Source: Terriglobia bacterium (GTDB lineage Bacteria; Acidobacteriota; Terriglobia; JAJPHL01; JAPKYU01). From it: DNA of 64,000 nucleotides. The notes beneath the pieces were generated by a model. It did no database searches, was not told the origin of the DNA, and saw only the letters and a program-made list of their open reading frames with translations. A program made the translations under genes and the position numbers. Shown piece by piece: positions 49,363-59,324 of this stretch (the stretch's first letter is position 1; every line of letters starts with the position of its first letter). The stretch lies in the NCBI GenBank assembly GCA_965206645.1, contig CBDBKE010000004.1:198738-262737 (forward strand), given 5' to 3'.

Positions 49363-51324
49363 TTAATTGTTTTCTTCTCGCAACCGAGCAGATGTCTTTG
49401 TGTCTTCGCTCGGCCGGATGACCATAAGGGGAAATTCCCGCACTATGACGGGCGCGCCCAGTTTGCCCTGAACCACCGGTCTTGCGCTGACGCGAACCAT
49501 CTGGGGCATCCTCGTAGCCGGAGCGTTCTCGCTGCCCAAGAGCATAATGACTATTTTTTCCGTTTTCGGAAGATAAAGCTCTCTTCTGCCTGCATCCGCC
49601 GACGGTAACTTGTCTGGTTCAACCGTGGCGCTGGGGAGGGCCTGTACCCCTGCGGGGAGATTCTCAACGGCGAAAGCGATACCACCGGACAATCCCTCTT
49701 CCAGATCGCTGATGAGAGTCAACTTGCTTGCCTGTCCAGCCACGAGGTTGATGTGATCTTCGCTCAACTCGACTTTACCAACATGCGGAATTTGTGGCCG
49801 GATCAGGAGCCGATAGGTGAAGTGCGGGTTACCGTGTCGAGACGTAATATCACCTATCTTCAAGGTGTAGGCGCCTTGCCGTGGGAAAGCGTGAATCGTC
49901 TTGGGCTGAATCTCTTTAGCGTACTCGTTGCCAGCCCCCGATACCCATCGGTGAATATTCGCGAACAACTCTTTGCCATGACTGTCAAGAATTACGAAAT
50001 GAGGATTAAAGTCGGGTGGCACAAGGTCGGGAGTCTCCAACTCAAAAGCCAGCTGCTCCCCCGCCTTCACATGAAACTTGAAGGTATGCACATCGCCCGG
50101 CTTTTCAATGGTTCCCTCCACTAGAGCTGGGAGTTTCAGTTCCACGGCCTGACCGACCATTCCATTTGGCCGTGTTTTCTTAGTGTTGACCGTAGCGGCG
50201 CCCGACTGGGTGAGATCAACGCCCTGTAGGCTTCCCATCGCGCTTTCCTTCACCAAAAGTACGGAAGAGAGACCTTGGTTGACAACTTCCCGCAATTCGT
50301 CAGTAACCACCGTTCTGGATACAAGTGCCGAGAGCCGGGTCCCCTCCAGCCGTCTGTCCCAGGCGCGTTCTTCCCACTTGGAGGGGTCCCACGGGGTCGC
50401 GTAGCGGAATTGTTTCAGCCGGGCCGTGCGAATCTCTTTTTTCGGAAGAACCTCAATCGGAACGATTCGCAGTTGATAGGTGAAATCCGGTCCGCCCGTC
50501 CCCAGGAACGAGCTGACCTTCACTACGTAACGGCCTTCTTGGCCGAACTTGTGGATGAATCGTCCCCTGCTGCTGCTGGATGCGAGGCGTGTTGCGCGAT
50601 TCGGGTCAAACCAGCTGCCAGTCACTTTGTAGAGGGCTAGTTGAGCAGCCACACGCGCGTTCTGTCGGGTCAGTCTGCTGGAGATAACCCGAAACGCGAT
50701 CTCTTGCCCCCTGGAGACTTCAAAGGCGTAATAATCCAAATCCCCCCTGTTGCTAATCTTGCCTGCCACCACACAGGGAATGTTGACCACCTGCGCCTCG
50801 TGAGCTTTATTATGAGGATCTTTGCTTTCGGTGATTAGGGATTCAGAGTTGACGAAGAACTTCAGCGCATTGGAAACTCCGGCGGACGAAACGAGCCTCA
50901 AGGAGTAAGCGCCGATCTTCGCGCTGGAGTCGATTTCCACCTGCAACCGAGCGCGGTGGCTTGCTGCCGGGTGCGGTCCGGGCAAGCTACCCGTTGCTGG
51001 CGTTTTTTCTCCCTTTGGGGCTGCAATCTCTTCGACCTTGCGCAGGCTGGCTTTCAGGCCCGGGGTGCCAGACCAGACAGCGTAGGCTTCGCCCAGATTC
51101 TTCCCCCGGACCTCGGCCTGCAAACTCGTGCCTTTCTGTCCGCCCGAAGGAAAAATGGAAAAGACCTGGGGAGTCGTTGGAGATCCGGTCTTCTCATCTT
51201 GGGCGCGGAGAAGGCCCCCGAAGCCGCTGACAAGAAAGACAAGCAGAAACCAAGTCTTCAAATGAGGTTTACTCGACACGAACGCGACTCGCCTCATCCT
51301 ACTGTTGTGTGACTGCCGTGTCAA
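49363..51324 (-). CDS. Pre-peptidase C-terminal (PPC) domain protein
   Basis: IFPSGGQKGT, GDLDYYAF and GDVHTFKF repeats; typical partner of DUF1549/DUF1501. Confidence 0.8.
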   Translation of the reverse strand: MTRQSHNSRMRRVAFVSSKPHLKTWFLLVFLVSGFGGLLRAQDEKTGSPTTPQVFSIFPSGGQKGTSLQAEVRGKNLGEAYAVWSGTPGLKASLRKVEEIAAPKGEKTPATGSLPGPHPAASHRARLQVEIDSSAKIGAYSLRLVSSAGVSNALKFFVNSESLITESKDPHNKAHEAQVVNIPCVVAGKISNRGDLDYYAFEVSRGQEIAFRVISSRLTRQNARVAAQLALYKVTGSWFDPNRATRLASSSSRGRFIHKFGQEGRYVVKVSSFLGTGGPDFTYQLRIVPIEVLPKKEIRTARLKQFRYATPWDPSKWEERAWDRRLEGTRLSALVSRTVVTDELREVVNQGLSSVLLVKESAMGSLQGVDLTQSGAATVNTKKTRPNGMVGQAVELKLPALVEGTIEKPGDVHTFKFHVKAGEQLAFELETPDLVPPDFNPHFVILDSHGKELFANIHRWVSGAGNEYAKEIQPKTIHAFPRQGAYTLKIGDITSRHGNPHFTYRLLIRPQIPHVGKVELSEDHINLVAGQASKLTLISDLEEGLSGGIAFAVENLPAGVQALPSATVEPDKLPSADAGRRELYLPKTEKIVIMLLGSENAPATRMPQMVRVSARPVVQGKLGAPVIVREFPLMVIRPSEDTKTSARLREENN

Positions 51325-51460
51325 GAAGTATACAGATCTGTCCTCTGGTACGCCACCCCCGAAGATGGCAGAAGGCCGCCCAGCGAACTAACTTAGCGGG
51401 AAACACGGGGTGGAGCTCCGTCTGAATTGAAGCGCGCCAAACTGCCTGGACGAGTCGTTG

Positions 51461-51835
51461 CTACAGAGTTTTCAGGTAGGCCAGCACGTTGGCCAGCTCT
51501 TTCTTGCTCAGCTTCTTCTCGAACGGGGGCATCTTGTCGCTGCCCTTCACGATGCGCTCGGTCACGTTCTCATCGTTGACCGGCTTGCCGGAGTGGGGCA
51601 GCTTCTTGGCTTTGTAAAGGCCTTTTAGCCCTGGGGAGCCAAACTTCTCCGCGGTGCTGTCGGTGTTGTGACACACGGCACAGTTCTTGGAGAAGATCGC
51701 GTCGCCGACTTTGGCAGCTTTGGCATCATCAGCCTTGGCGCTTTTTTCCTTCTCGGCGGGTTTCTTGTCGGCAGCAACCAGGGTCAGAGCCGCCGCTAGG
51801 ATCAGCACCAGGAACTTGAGGAATTTTGGCTGCAT
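51461..51835 (-). CDS. Monoheme cytochrome c
   Basis: Signal peptide, CAVCH heme motif and distal MPPF. Confidence 0.9.
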   Translation of the reverse strand: MQPKFLKFLVLILAAALTLVAADKKPAEKEKSAKADDAKAAKVGDAIFSKNCAVCHNTDSTAEKFGSPGLKGLYKAKKLPHSGKPVNDENVTERIVKGSDKMPPFEKKLSKKELANVLAYLKTL

Positions 51836-51881
51836 CGTGTTTGATCCTCCAACCACAGTAAGCCCGCCTCGGGCACAGGGC

Positions 51882-51910
51882 AAACTAAGGTCTTTTCGTG
51901 AGATTGTCAA
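51882..51910 (-). promoter_or_regulatory. Sigma70-like promoter of the cytochrome c gene
   Basis: TTGACA-N17-TAGTTT on the minus strand. Confidence 0.55.
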
Positions 51911-51995
51911 ATGTGAAGACGGCCAGGAGCCGGGTGCGGTTCCCACGATTCGGTCATACTGCCGTCTCCCCTCCTTTTATATCACAAGAGCAGTC

Positions 51996-52949
51996 TCAGT
52001 TCCCGCCGCCCGAGTTTTCCTGTGATACAAAACAGGATTCTTCCGCAGGGCAGTTCAAGCGGCCCGATTCGATCTGGATGGCCGAGTGGGCGATGGCAAA
52101 CCGCTCCCGCAACACCTGCTGCGCGCTCGCCAGCAGGTCGGAGCGGCTGGCGGCATCGTCGGCCACTAGGTGGCAGCTCAGCGCCACCGCGCCTTCGCCG
52201 ACTGACCAGACGTGCAGATCGTGAATTCGGTTCACGCGTGGAATTCGCCGCAGCGCCGTTTCCACCTGGTCAAAGGCGATGTGCGGCGGCACCGACAGCA
52301 TCAGCAGCGAGCCGCTGCGGCGCAACAGGGTCCAGGAACTGGTAAGGATCAAGGCGGCGACCACCATACCGGCCAGCGGGTCCAGGATCATGGTGCCAAA
52401 TAGGAAGATACCAGCGGCGGCCACCAGTGCGGCCACCGACCCCAGCAGATCCCCGATGACGTGCAGGAAAGCGCCGCGCAGATTGATGCTGGTCTTCTGG
52501 CCTCGGAACAGCAGCATGGCGGCCACCACGTTGCCGACCATGCCGACCAGCGTCACTGCCAGCATCAGCCCGCCGTGGACTTGCTCGGGCGCGTTGAGGC
52601 GGCCGAACGCCTTCCACACGATCACCACTGCCAGCAGCATCACCAACAGCGCGTTGACGAAGGCGGCTAGGGTTTCCGTGTGGCGATAGCCGTATGTTTT
52701 TTGAGGCGTGGGCGGACGCTCGGCCAGCCGCATGGCGATCAGGCTCAACCCCATAGCGGCCAGGTCCGTCAGCACGTGGCCGGAGTCGGCCAGCAGAGCC
52801 AGGCTGTTCGAGAGTAATCCGCCGGTGACTTCGGCGACAAAGACAACAAAGGTAATGAGTAAAGCGGCGCGCAGGCGTCGCCGGTTCTGAGATCGCCAGT
52901 CGGGGTGTGGGTGTTCGTGCACCTGCCCCCTAGCCCGCGTCTCCCCCAT
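51996..52949 (-). CDS. Cation diffusion facilitator (CzcD/ZitB-like)
   Basis: SLALLADSGHVLTD and GAFLHVIGD (HD-HD site); LHVWS in the C-terminal domain. Confidence 0.92.
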   Translation of the reverse strand: MGETRARGQVHEHPHPDWRSQNRRRLRAALLITFVVFVAEVTGGLLSNSLALLADSGHVLTDLAAMGLSLIAMRLAERPPTPQKTYGYRHTETLAAFVNALLVMLLAVVIVWKAFGRLNAPEQVHGGLMLAVTLVGMVGNVVAAMLLFRGQKTSINLRGAFLHVIGDLLGSVAALVAAAGIFLFGTMILDPLAGMVVAALILTSSWTLLRRSGSLLMLSVPPHIAFDQVETALRRIPRVNRIHDLHVWSVGEGAVALSCHLVADDAASRSDLLASAQQVLRERFAIAHSAIQIESGRLNCPAEESCFVSQENSGGGN

Positions 52950-52956
52950 GCTGCCC

Positions 52957-53460
52957 TTATTCTCCTTCGACCACCTGCACTTCCGCACCGGCTGCCGCCA
53001 GTTCCCGGAGGATGGCCGCCCGCTCCTCCGACCGCGCTCGCAGCATCACCACGGTGGCGCCGTCCGCCACCTGGCGTCGTGCAGGCTCCGGCACCTCCAG
53101 CTTCAGGCTAAGGATGCGCCCGCGGACCAGCAGCACGATTAGCGCGGCCCCGATGGCTCCCAGGGCAGCACCGGCGAAAGTGACAATACCGATCGGGGGC
53201 GCAGGAATCCGGGGTAGGCCACCGACGTCCAGGCCCATCCAGATGCCGGTGGCTGCGGCCAGCAAGCCTCCCAAGAGACCGCCCAAGACGCCGCCCGCCA
53301 CTGGGGCAAATCCTAAGCGTGCTGTCACCTTGGCCGAAGTCCCGTGGGGAGTTTCGAGCGGGGCGGCGGAGAACAGTTCCGCATCGGGCCAGCGCTCCGC
53401 CACAGACAGCGCCGCGCGCTCGTCACGGAACACTGCCCACACCTGCGCCTCGTCGCTCAT
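52957..53460 (-). CDS. DUF3341 / ActD-like membrane subunit
   Basis: Two TM helices (GGVLGGLLG; VTFAGAALG), VGGLP; directly follows the NrfD gene. Confidence 0.7.
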   Translation of the reverse strand: MSDEAQVWAVFRDERAALSVAERWPDAELFSAAPLETPHGTSAKVTARLGFAPVAGGVLGGLLGGLLAAATGIWMGLDVGGLPRIPAPPIGIVTFAGAALGAIGAALIVLLVRGRILSLKLEVPEPARRQVADGATVVMLRARSEERAAILRELAAAGAEVQVVEGE

Positions 53461-54905
53461 GCTCCTGTCTCCGAGCCAGCGGGCGAGGCGGTCACTGCTG
53501 AGGGGGCAGGCGCTAGCTCTCTCAAGGGCGCAGGCTCCGACCTCTGCCCCAGCAGTCGCCGGCCTTCCTTGTACTCCCAGATAGCGACAATGGGAAACAG
53601 CTTGGAGAACACCACGTAAAGGAGAATGAAGTAGGCGAAGGAGCCGGCCATGATGGACAGCTCAACCCAGCTTGGCCGGTATTCGTGCCACATGAAGCTG
53701 AGGCGCGGGTGGGACAGCGTGCCGGCCACGATGGTGAAGCGCTCCAACCACATCCCCACCACCACGAACAGAGAAGCCACCGTGGTCCCCAGCGGCGTGC
53801 GCGTTCGCCGGAAGGCCAGAATGGGCAGAGGTATAAGCAGGCAGCAGGCCACCATGGTCCAGAAGTAGGGAGCCATCCCGCCGGAAATCTTGTACAAGAA
53901 CACCGGCATCTCGTGCTCGCCGTGACCGTAGTAGACGGTCAGGTACTCGGCAAAAGTGAAATAACTCCACAGAAGGCAGAAGGTCAGCAGCAGCAGCCCC
54001 AGGTTGTTGAAATGCACGTCTTCCAGGTACCTCTCCAGCTTCAGGGAGCGCCGAATGACGTAAAGCGCGACGATCACGGCGGCGATGCCCGAGAAGATGG
54101 CGCCCACCACGAAGTAGGGCCCGAAGATGGTGCTGTGCCACATCGGGTTCACCGTCATGCCGAAGACCCACGACACCACTGTGTGCACCGAAATCGCCAG
54201 GGGCATGATGATGATGGCCATCACCGCGATGGTCTTCTCCAGCAGCGCCCACTGGCGGCTGCTGCCCACCCAGCCCATTGCCAGCAGCCGGTAAAGCCGC
54301 TGGCGCCAGCCGCCGCTGGGCAGTGAATCGCGCGCCAGCGCCAGGTCCGGGATCATCGGGAGGTAGAGGTAAGTCAGGCTGCCCAGCAGGTACGCGTTGA
54401 TGCAGGAGAAATCCCACAGCAGCGGCGAGCGGAAGTTCGGCCACAGGTCGCGCAGGCTGGGGTAGGGAATCACCCAGTAGAACAACCAGACGCGGCCCAG
54501 GTGGATCAGGATGAACATGGGCCCGATCATCAACGCGAATACGGTGATCGCTTCGGCAGCACGGGTAATGGGGTGGCGCCAACCTGCGTTGGTCACCCGA
54601 AGGATGGCGGAGATCAACGTGCCGGCGTGGCTGATGCCGATCCAGAAGACAAAGTTGACGATGTAGACGCCCCACATCACCCGCTGGTTGATGCCCGCCA
54701 CCCCCATGCCGGTCGTCACTTGGTAGGAGAAAGCCACCAGAGCCCAGGCCATCACCAGGCTCAGCAGACCGACGGTGATCCAGAAGCGGGGCGTGGTGTC
54801 GAGAAGAGGGCGCAGCAGATCGGAGTTGATCTGTTGCACATCGAGCGTTTCTGCGCCGGGACTGGAGTTACTCTGCTGCACCAGGCGTGCCTCTCCAGTC
54901 GTCAC
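53457..54905 (-). CDS. NrfD/PsrC family quinol-binding subunit (ActC-like)
   Basis: WGVYIVNFVFWIGISHAGTLISA, HLGR, NFRSPLLWD and WHSTIFGPYFVVGAIFSG motifs. Confidence 0.92.
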   Translation of the reverse strand: MTTGEARLVQQSNSSPGAETLDVQQINSDLLRPLLDTTPRFWITVGLLSLVMAWALVAFSYQVTTGMGVAGINQRVMWGVYIVNFVFWIGISHAGTLISAILRVTNAGWRHPITRAAEAITVFALMIGPMFILIHLGRVWLFYWVIPYPSLRDLWPNFRSPLLWDFSCINAYLLGSLTYLYLPMIPDLALARDSLPSGGWRQRLYRLLAMGWVGSSRQWALLEKTIAVMAIIIMPLAISVHTVVSWVFGMTVNPMWHSTIFGPYFVVGAIFSGIAAVIVALYVIRRSLKLERYLEDVHFNNLGLLLLTFCLLWSYFTFAEYLTVYYGHGEHEMPVFLYKISGGMAPYFWTMVACCLLIPLPILAFRRTRTPLGTTVASLFVVVGMWLERFTIVAGTLSHPRLSFMWHEYRPSWVELSIMAGSFAYFILLYVVFSKLFPIVAIWEYKEGRRLLGQRSEPAPLRELAPAPSAVTASPAGSETGA

Positions 54906-55575
54906 GTTTCAGGTAAATGACCGCCGGCTCGGTTCCCAAATCCTCCAGCAGCTTGAAGCTGCGGCCGGAGCGGGCTGTCTGCGAGACACGGCTGTCGGGA
55001 TCCTCGAGGTCGCCGAAGTACATCGCTTCGGCCGGACAGGCCTGCACGCATGCCGGCGTCACCTCGCCGTCGCGCAACGGCCGTTCCTCGTTCTTGGCGT
55101 TCATTTGGGCGCGCTGGATGCGGTGGGAGCAAAAGGTGCACTTCTCCATCATGCCGCGGCTCCGCCGGGAGACGTCCGGGTTGTGCTGCAGGTCGAGCGG
55201 CGGGTCAGTCGAATAGTCAAACCAGTTGAAGTAACGCACCGTATAGGGGCAGGCGTTGGCGCAGAAGCGCGTCCCGATGCAACGGTTGTACACCTGCACG
55301 TTCAGGCCCTGCTCGTTGTGATAGGTGGCGTAGACCGGGCAAACCGGCTCGCAGGGCGCTTGGCCGCAGTGCTGGCACATCACCGGCATGAAGCGGGCCC
55401 GGACGTCAGGAAACTCTCCCTCGTAGTAGCGCTCGATGCGAATCCAAGACAGCATCCGCCCTTTTTCACATTCTTGCTCGCCCACGACCGGCACGTTGTT
55501 TTCGGCGCGGCAGGCCACCACGCATGCTTCGCAACCGGTGCAGCGATCCAGATCAATGACCATTCCCCAGCGCAT
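54868..55575 (-). CDS. 4Fe-4S dicluster protein (ActB2/NrfC-like)
   Basis: CTGCEACVVAC, CQHCGQAPCEPVCP, CIGTRFCANACP and CTFC..ACVQACP motifs. Confidence 0.93.
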   Translation of the reverse strand: MRWGMVIDLDRCTGCEACVVACRAENNVPVVGEQECEKGRMLSWIRIERYYEGEFPDVRARFMPVMCQHCGQAPCEPVCPVYATYHNEQGLNVQVYNRCIGTRFCANACPYTVRYFNWFDYSTDPPLDLQHNPDVSRRSRGMMEKCTFCSHRIQRAQMNAKNEERPLRDGEVTPACVQACPAEAMYFGDLEDPDSRVSQTARSGRSFKLLEDLGTEPAVIYLKRDDWRGTPGAAE

Positions 55576-55584
55576 TCATACCCC

Positions 55585-57621
55585 CTAAACTTTGATGACT
55601 TTCACACGAGTTGCCGCCCACGCCGCCGGATCCAGCAACGCGCACACGTTGGCACCGCGGTGGCGCGCATAACGTCCATAGGCAGTGTGCCCCTGGCCGG
55701 TGGCGACGACTACCGAATCGGGTGGAATGGCAGGCGAGAGCGCCGCTTGCGCCTTGATTTTCCCATGCGGCGACTCCAGCCAGATCCGCTCGCCATGGGC
55801 TACGCCAAGTTGTGCAGCCGTGTTGGGATTCAGTTCTGCGGCCGTGGTCCACACTGCTTGCGTTAAAGGGTCGGGTAATTCCTGGAGCCATGGCAGGTTG
55901 GCCCCTTCGCCCGTTCCCAGATTCACTCCGGCGTAGACCAGCAACGCCAGACCGCTGGCTTCGCCCGTCCAGTGCGGCGGCTCAAAGGCGGGGCTCAACT
56001 CGCGTGATTCCAGGCTGGGTACAAACTGGTACTTTTTCGACGGAGTGGCAAAGGCGAGAGGCTCCGGCTCCTCGGCCCATGCGCCGCCACGCTCCAGAGC
56101 GTCCGAGAGTTCTTCCTCGGAGGTGAACGAGGCGCCGATGGCGTTTTCCCAGTTCTCGTAAGGAAGCGGTTTATCCACCCGCGCCGCCAGGGCCAGCAGA
56201 GAGTCGGCGGCGTCTTGTGTCTGGTAGAGCGGCGCCAACGCTGGCTTTGCTACCGAGCGGACCGCACCGATCTCCCCGCCGGCCGCCGAGCGCGACTCCC
56301 AGCGTTCCAGAGCGCTGTGATCAGGCAAAACCACGTGTGCCCGCTCGGCAGTTTCGTCGGGGAATGTGGACAGGCTGATGAGGAAGGGAACCTTGTCCCA
56401 GGGAAGAGCGGGGAATTCGTAGACCGGATTGGCGCCGTAGACCAGGACCACGCGCGCCGAGCTGAGCAGCGCCTGCCCGTCTCGGCTGGCGAGACTCGCC
56501 GCTGGCCGTACTTCCTCCCCTGGAGCGAACCAGAGCCCGCCAGGCACTCCGTAGCTGCCTACCAGCGCGTTGAGGGCATTGATAGCCACCAGTGCGGGCA
56601 GGGAATTGGAGTGGCCCGCGGCACTGCCGCCGGCGACCGCCACCGCCGGCCGGTGCGCGGCGAATTCGCGCGCCACGCGCTCAATGCGTTTGGCGTCCAG
56701 GCCAGTAGTAGCCGCCACTGCCTCCGGCGGGTAGGCCGCCACGATCTGCCGGAAACGGTCCAGGCCCTGCGCGTTGCGGGACAGAAACTGCTGGTCCAGC
56801 AGCGAGTCGCGCAGCAGCACGTGGGCGATGGCCAGCGCCAGCGCTCCTTCGGTTCCCGGCTTCAAGGGCAACCATTCGTCAGCGTAGGCGGCTGTCAGCG
56901 AAAAACGTGCATCCGCCTGAACCAACTTGCCGCGACGGCCGGGGCGTCCCTGCCGCATGTGAGCCAGCAGGCGCTGCGTGCGAACCGGCGAAGGTCCGGC
57001 CTCGACCAACTGGGCGCCGAATGACAGCACATAGTTGGCGTTGCCGAAATCCGGGGCGGCGTGTGACGGGTAGCCGCACGTGAGTCGATTTGCCTCCAAG
57101 ACCGCGCCTTCATCCAGAGGTTCGGCGATCAGGTGGCAGGCCCCGCCCAGCGCCCGGAGAAATTCTCCTATCAATCGGCCGCGCAGCCCGTTCAGCCGGC
57201 GCGTCACCAGCACAATGCGCTGGGGTTCGGCGAGGGCCTCCCGCAACGTTCCGGCGGCGGCCCCGAGCGCCTCTTCCCAATCCACATCCTGCTTGCCACG
57301 CCGGGGAGCTTGGATGCGGTCGGGGTTATACAGCGCTTGAAGTTCAGCCTGGCCGCGCGCGCACAAACGGCCGGCGTTGATGGGGTGGGTGGCCAATCCT
57401 TCCAGCTTCACGGCGCGCCCGTCTACCAGGCGGACTTCCAGCCCGCAGGCGGCGCCGCAGCCGCCGCATACGCTTTTCACCCACTTCTCTTCACCCAAAA
57501 CCAGTTGGTCTTCTGGGACCAGCACGGGCATGGTCTCGCGCATGCCCTTGCCACAACTGGTCAGCATCGTGCTGCCGGCGGTCAGCACGCTCGAAATCTT
57601 AATGAAGTTGCGTCTATCCAT
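55585..57621 (-). CDS. Molybdopterin-oxidoreductase-like subunit (ActB1/QrcB-like), Tat-exported
   Basis: MDRRNFIK, then CGGCGAACG..LCARG Fe-S motif, LYNPDRI, and a C-terminal molybdopterin-dinucleotide-binding-like domain. Confidence 0.85.
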   Translation of the reverse strand: MDRRNFIKISSVLTAGSTMLTSCGKGMRETMPVLVPEDQLVLGEEKWVKSVCGGCGAACGLEVRLVDGRAVKLEGLATHPINAGRLCARGQAELQALYNPDRIQAPRRGKQDVDWEEALGAAAGTLREALAEPQRIVLVTRRLNGLRGRLIGEFLRALGGACHLIAEPLDEGAVLEANRLTCGYPSHAAPDFGNANYVLSFGAQLVEAGPSPVRTQRLLAHMRQGRPGRRGKLVQADARFSLTAAYADEWLPLKPGTEGALALAIAHVLLRDSLLDQQFLSRNAQGLDRFRQIVAAYPPEAVAATTGLDAKRIERVAREFAAHRPAVAVAGGSAAGHSNSLPALVAINALNALVGSYGVPGGLWFAPGEEVRPAASLASRDGQALLSSARVVLVYGANPVYEFPALPWDKVPFLISLSTFPDETAERAHVVLPDHSALERWESRSAAGGEIGAVRSVAKPALAPLYQTQDAADSLLALAARVDKPLPYENWENAIGASFTSEEELSDALERGGAWAEEPEPLAFATPSKKYQFVPSLESRELSPAFEPPHWTGEASGLALLVYAGVNLGTGEGANLPWLQELPDPLTQAVWTTAAELNPNTAAQLGVAHGERIWLESPHGKIKAQAALSPAIPPDSVVVATGQGHTAYGRYARHRGANVCALLDPAAWAATRVKVIKV

Positions 57622-57660
57622 GACTTGAAGTGACTCGAAGTCTTAAAATCCAAGGTCTAA

Positions 57661-57687
57661 GGTCCGGAGCCATCATGACTCCGGACC
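57661..57687. other. Intergenic stem-loop between the actA-like and actB1-like genes
   Basis: Perfect 9-bp stem ggtccggag/ctccggacc with a 9-nt loop and no U-tract. Confidence 0.6.
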
Positions 57688-57693
57688 GTGGAC

Positions 57694-58194
57694 CTATTTG
57701 TGGCACGTTAGGCAGTCATTGGACGCCCCTCGATCCCGGTGGCAATCCATGCAGGTGGCCATAGTGAATTCCTTTTCGGTGGCTGAGATCACTGTCGTGC
57801 CGGTGTCGCCGTGGCACTCAGCGCATTCGATCTCTGCCTTCACATGACGCGAGTGGTTGAAATAAACGAACTCAGGCACCTCGTAGAGGCGCACCCAGGG
57901 AATAAACTGCCGCGCTTTCTGGAATTGCGCGATCTTCTGCACTTCCGGGCTGTCGCTCTTGATTACCTGGTGACAACTCATGCACAGGTTGGCCGTGGGC
58001 AAGCCTGCCTTCTCAGACTGGCTGACCAGCCGGTGGCAGTCCGCGCATTTAATTTTCTGCTCCAGGTGCAGGCTGTGGTCAAAGGTGACCGGCTGCTCGG
58101 GCGGGGCTGCGCGACGGCCCCACAAAAAAGCGGCCACCACGCATGCCAACATGACCAAGATGAGGGCCAGCCAACCGGTACGCACGAGCTTCAT
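57694..58194 (-). CDS. Pentaheme cytochrome c3-family protein (ActA-like)
   Basis: N-terminal TM helix; CADCH, CMSCH, CAECH, CMDCH and CLTCH. Confidence 0.92.
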   Translation of the reverse strand: MKLVRTGWLALILVMLACVVAAFLWGRRAAPPEQPVTFDHSLHLEQKIKCADCHRLVSQSEKAGLPTANLCMSCHQVIKSDSPEVQKIAQFQKARQFIPWVRLYEVPEFVYFNHSRHVKAEIECAECHGDTGTTVISATEKEFTMATCMDCHRDRGASNDCLTCHK

Positions 58195-59324
58195 CAATTG
58201 CTTTGGAACTGGCGCAACAAGACCCGGATGGCCGGGTCTTCCTGCCCCAAACGCCAGCCGGCCACGCCGGCCAGTTGATTGCGCCAGGCCAGAGCTAACT
58301 TTTCCGCGATGCTCCAACCGTCTTCTAGCCAGACCGTGTGCGGCCGGCCTTGGTTTAGGAAGCCGAACCAGTGCGCCCGGTGTGTCGGGTCCCAGCGCCA
58401 GTCCGCTTGGTGCTCCCGCTGCAGGGCCTGCGCCTTCTGATAGCTTCCGGAGGTGGCCCCGGCTGCGCTCCAGTTGCGATGATAAAAGGCGAGTCCCAAG
58501 AGTAACTTGCGCTGCGGAACCAGAGCCACGGTTTCACGTAGCACCGCCTCCACCCAGTGGTAACTGGCGATCGGTCCCGGGCCACCAAGGCGGCTATGCT
58601 GGTCGTAAGCCATCAGCACGACGCGATCAGCCAGGCGTCCGGCCGCGCGGTAGTCAAAGGTCTTCCGGTGACGCGGCGAAGGAACTGGCAACGCTACTCC
58701 CAGGGATAGCCCAGCTCGGGAATGAGCTGCGCGCAGCTCGGCAAGGAACTCGGAAAACTGCTGTCGCTGAGCTGCGTTGGCCCACAGACTCTCGAAGTCT
58801 ATCACGTATCCTCGGAAGTGATAGCGGCGCGCCCGCTCCAACAGTTCGCGGACCAGCCGCGCTCGCGCCTGGCGTGAGCGCAGCAGCTCGGCCGCCACTT
58901 CCGGCGAGAAGTCGCGGTTGATGACCAGAGGCGTCAGAGGAATCCGCGACTGACGGCAATGGTCCAGCAGCGGCGTCCAGGGTTCGCCGGAAAGGCTGCC
59001 GTCGGCATGAGCTGCGAACCACTGCGGGGAAACCGAGGTCGCACGGTCGCCGTACAGCCGAAGCGATGCCAGCCCGACTTCCTCGTTCAGCGCGAACAAG
59101 ACAACTTCCTTGCCGGCGCTTGGGTTGGGGAGCGCCTTCCTCCCGTCCACTGCCGCTCCGCGCACGGCACTTCGGGACAGCACAGCAGCCCTGTCCTCAC
59201 ATTGCCCGGTGGCCGGGTTGAGCGCCAGCCAGGCCGCCACGGCCACCAGCACTGCTCGGCCGGCCAGGCGGGCAACGCCGATAGCTTCACTGAGCTTCAT
59301 ATTCATCTTCAATCGCTGTTTCAT
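58194..59324 (-). CDS. Glycoside hydrolase family 18 (YaaH/SleL-like), secreted
   Basis: GYVIDFE, LMAYDQH, LLLGLAFY and GVAGWRLGQED motifs; GGAGGA RBS before ATG 59324. Confidence 0.88.
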   Translation of the reverse strand: MKQRLKMNMKLSEAIGVARLAGRAVLVAVAAWLALNPATGQCEDRAAVLSRSAVRGAAVDGRKALPNPSAGKEVVLFALNEEVGLASLRLYGDRATSVSPQWFAAHADGSLSGEPWTPLLDHCRQSRIPLTPLVINRDFSPEVAAELLRSRQARARLVRELLERARRYHFRGYVIDFESLWANAAQRQQFSEFLAELRAAHSRAGLSLGVALPVPSPRHRKTFDYRAAGRLADRVVLMAYDQHSRLGGPGPIASYHWVEAVLRETVALVPQRKLLLGLAFYHRNWSAAGATSGSYQKAQALQREHQADWRWDPTHRAHWFGFLNQGRPHTVWLEDGWSIAEKLALAWRNQLAGVAGWRLGQEDPAIRVLLRQFQSN

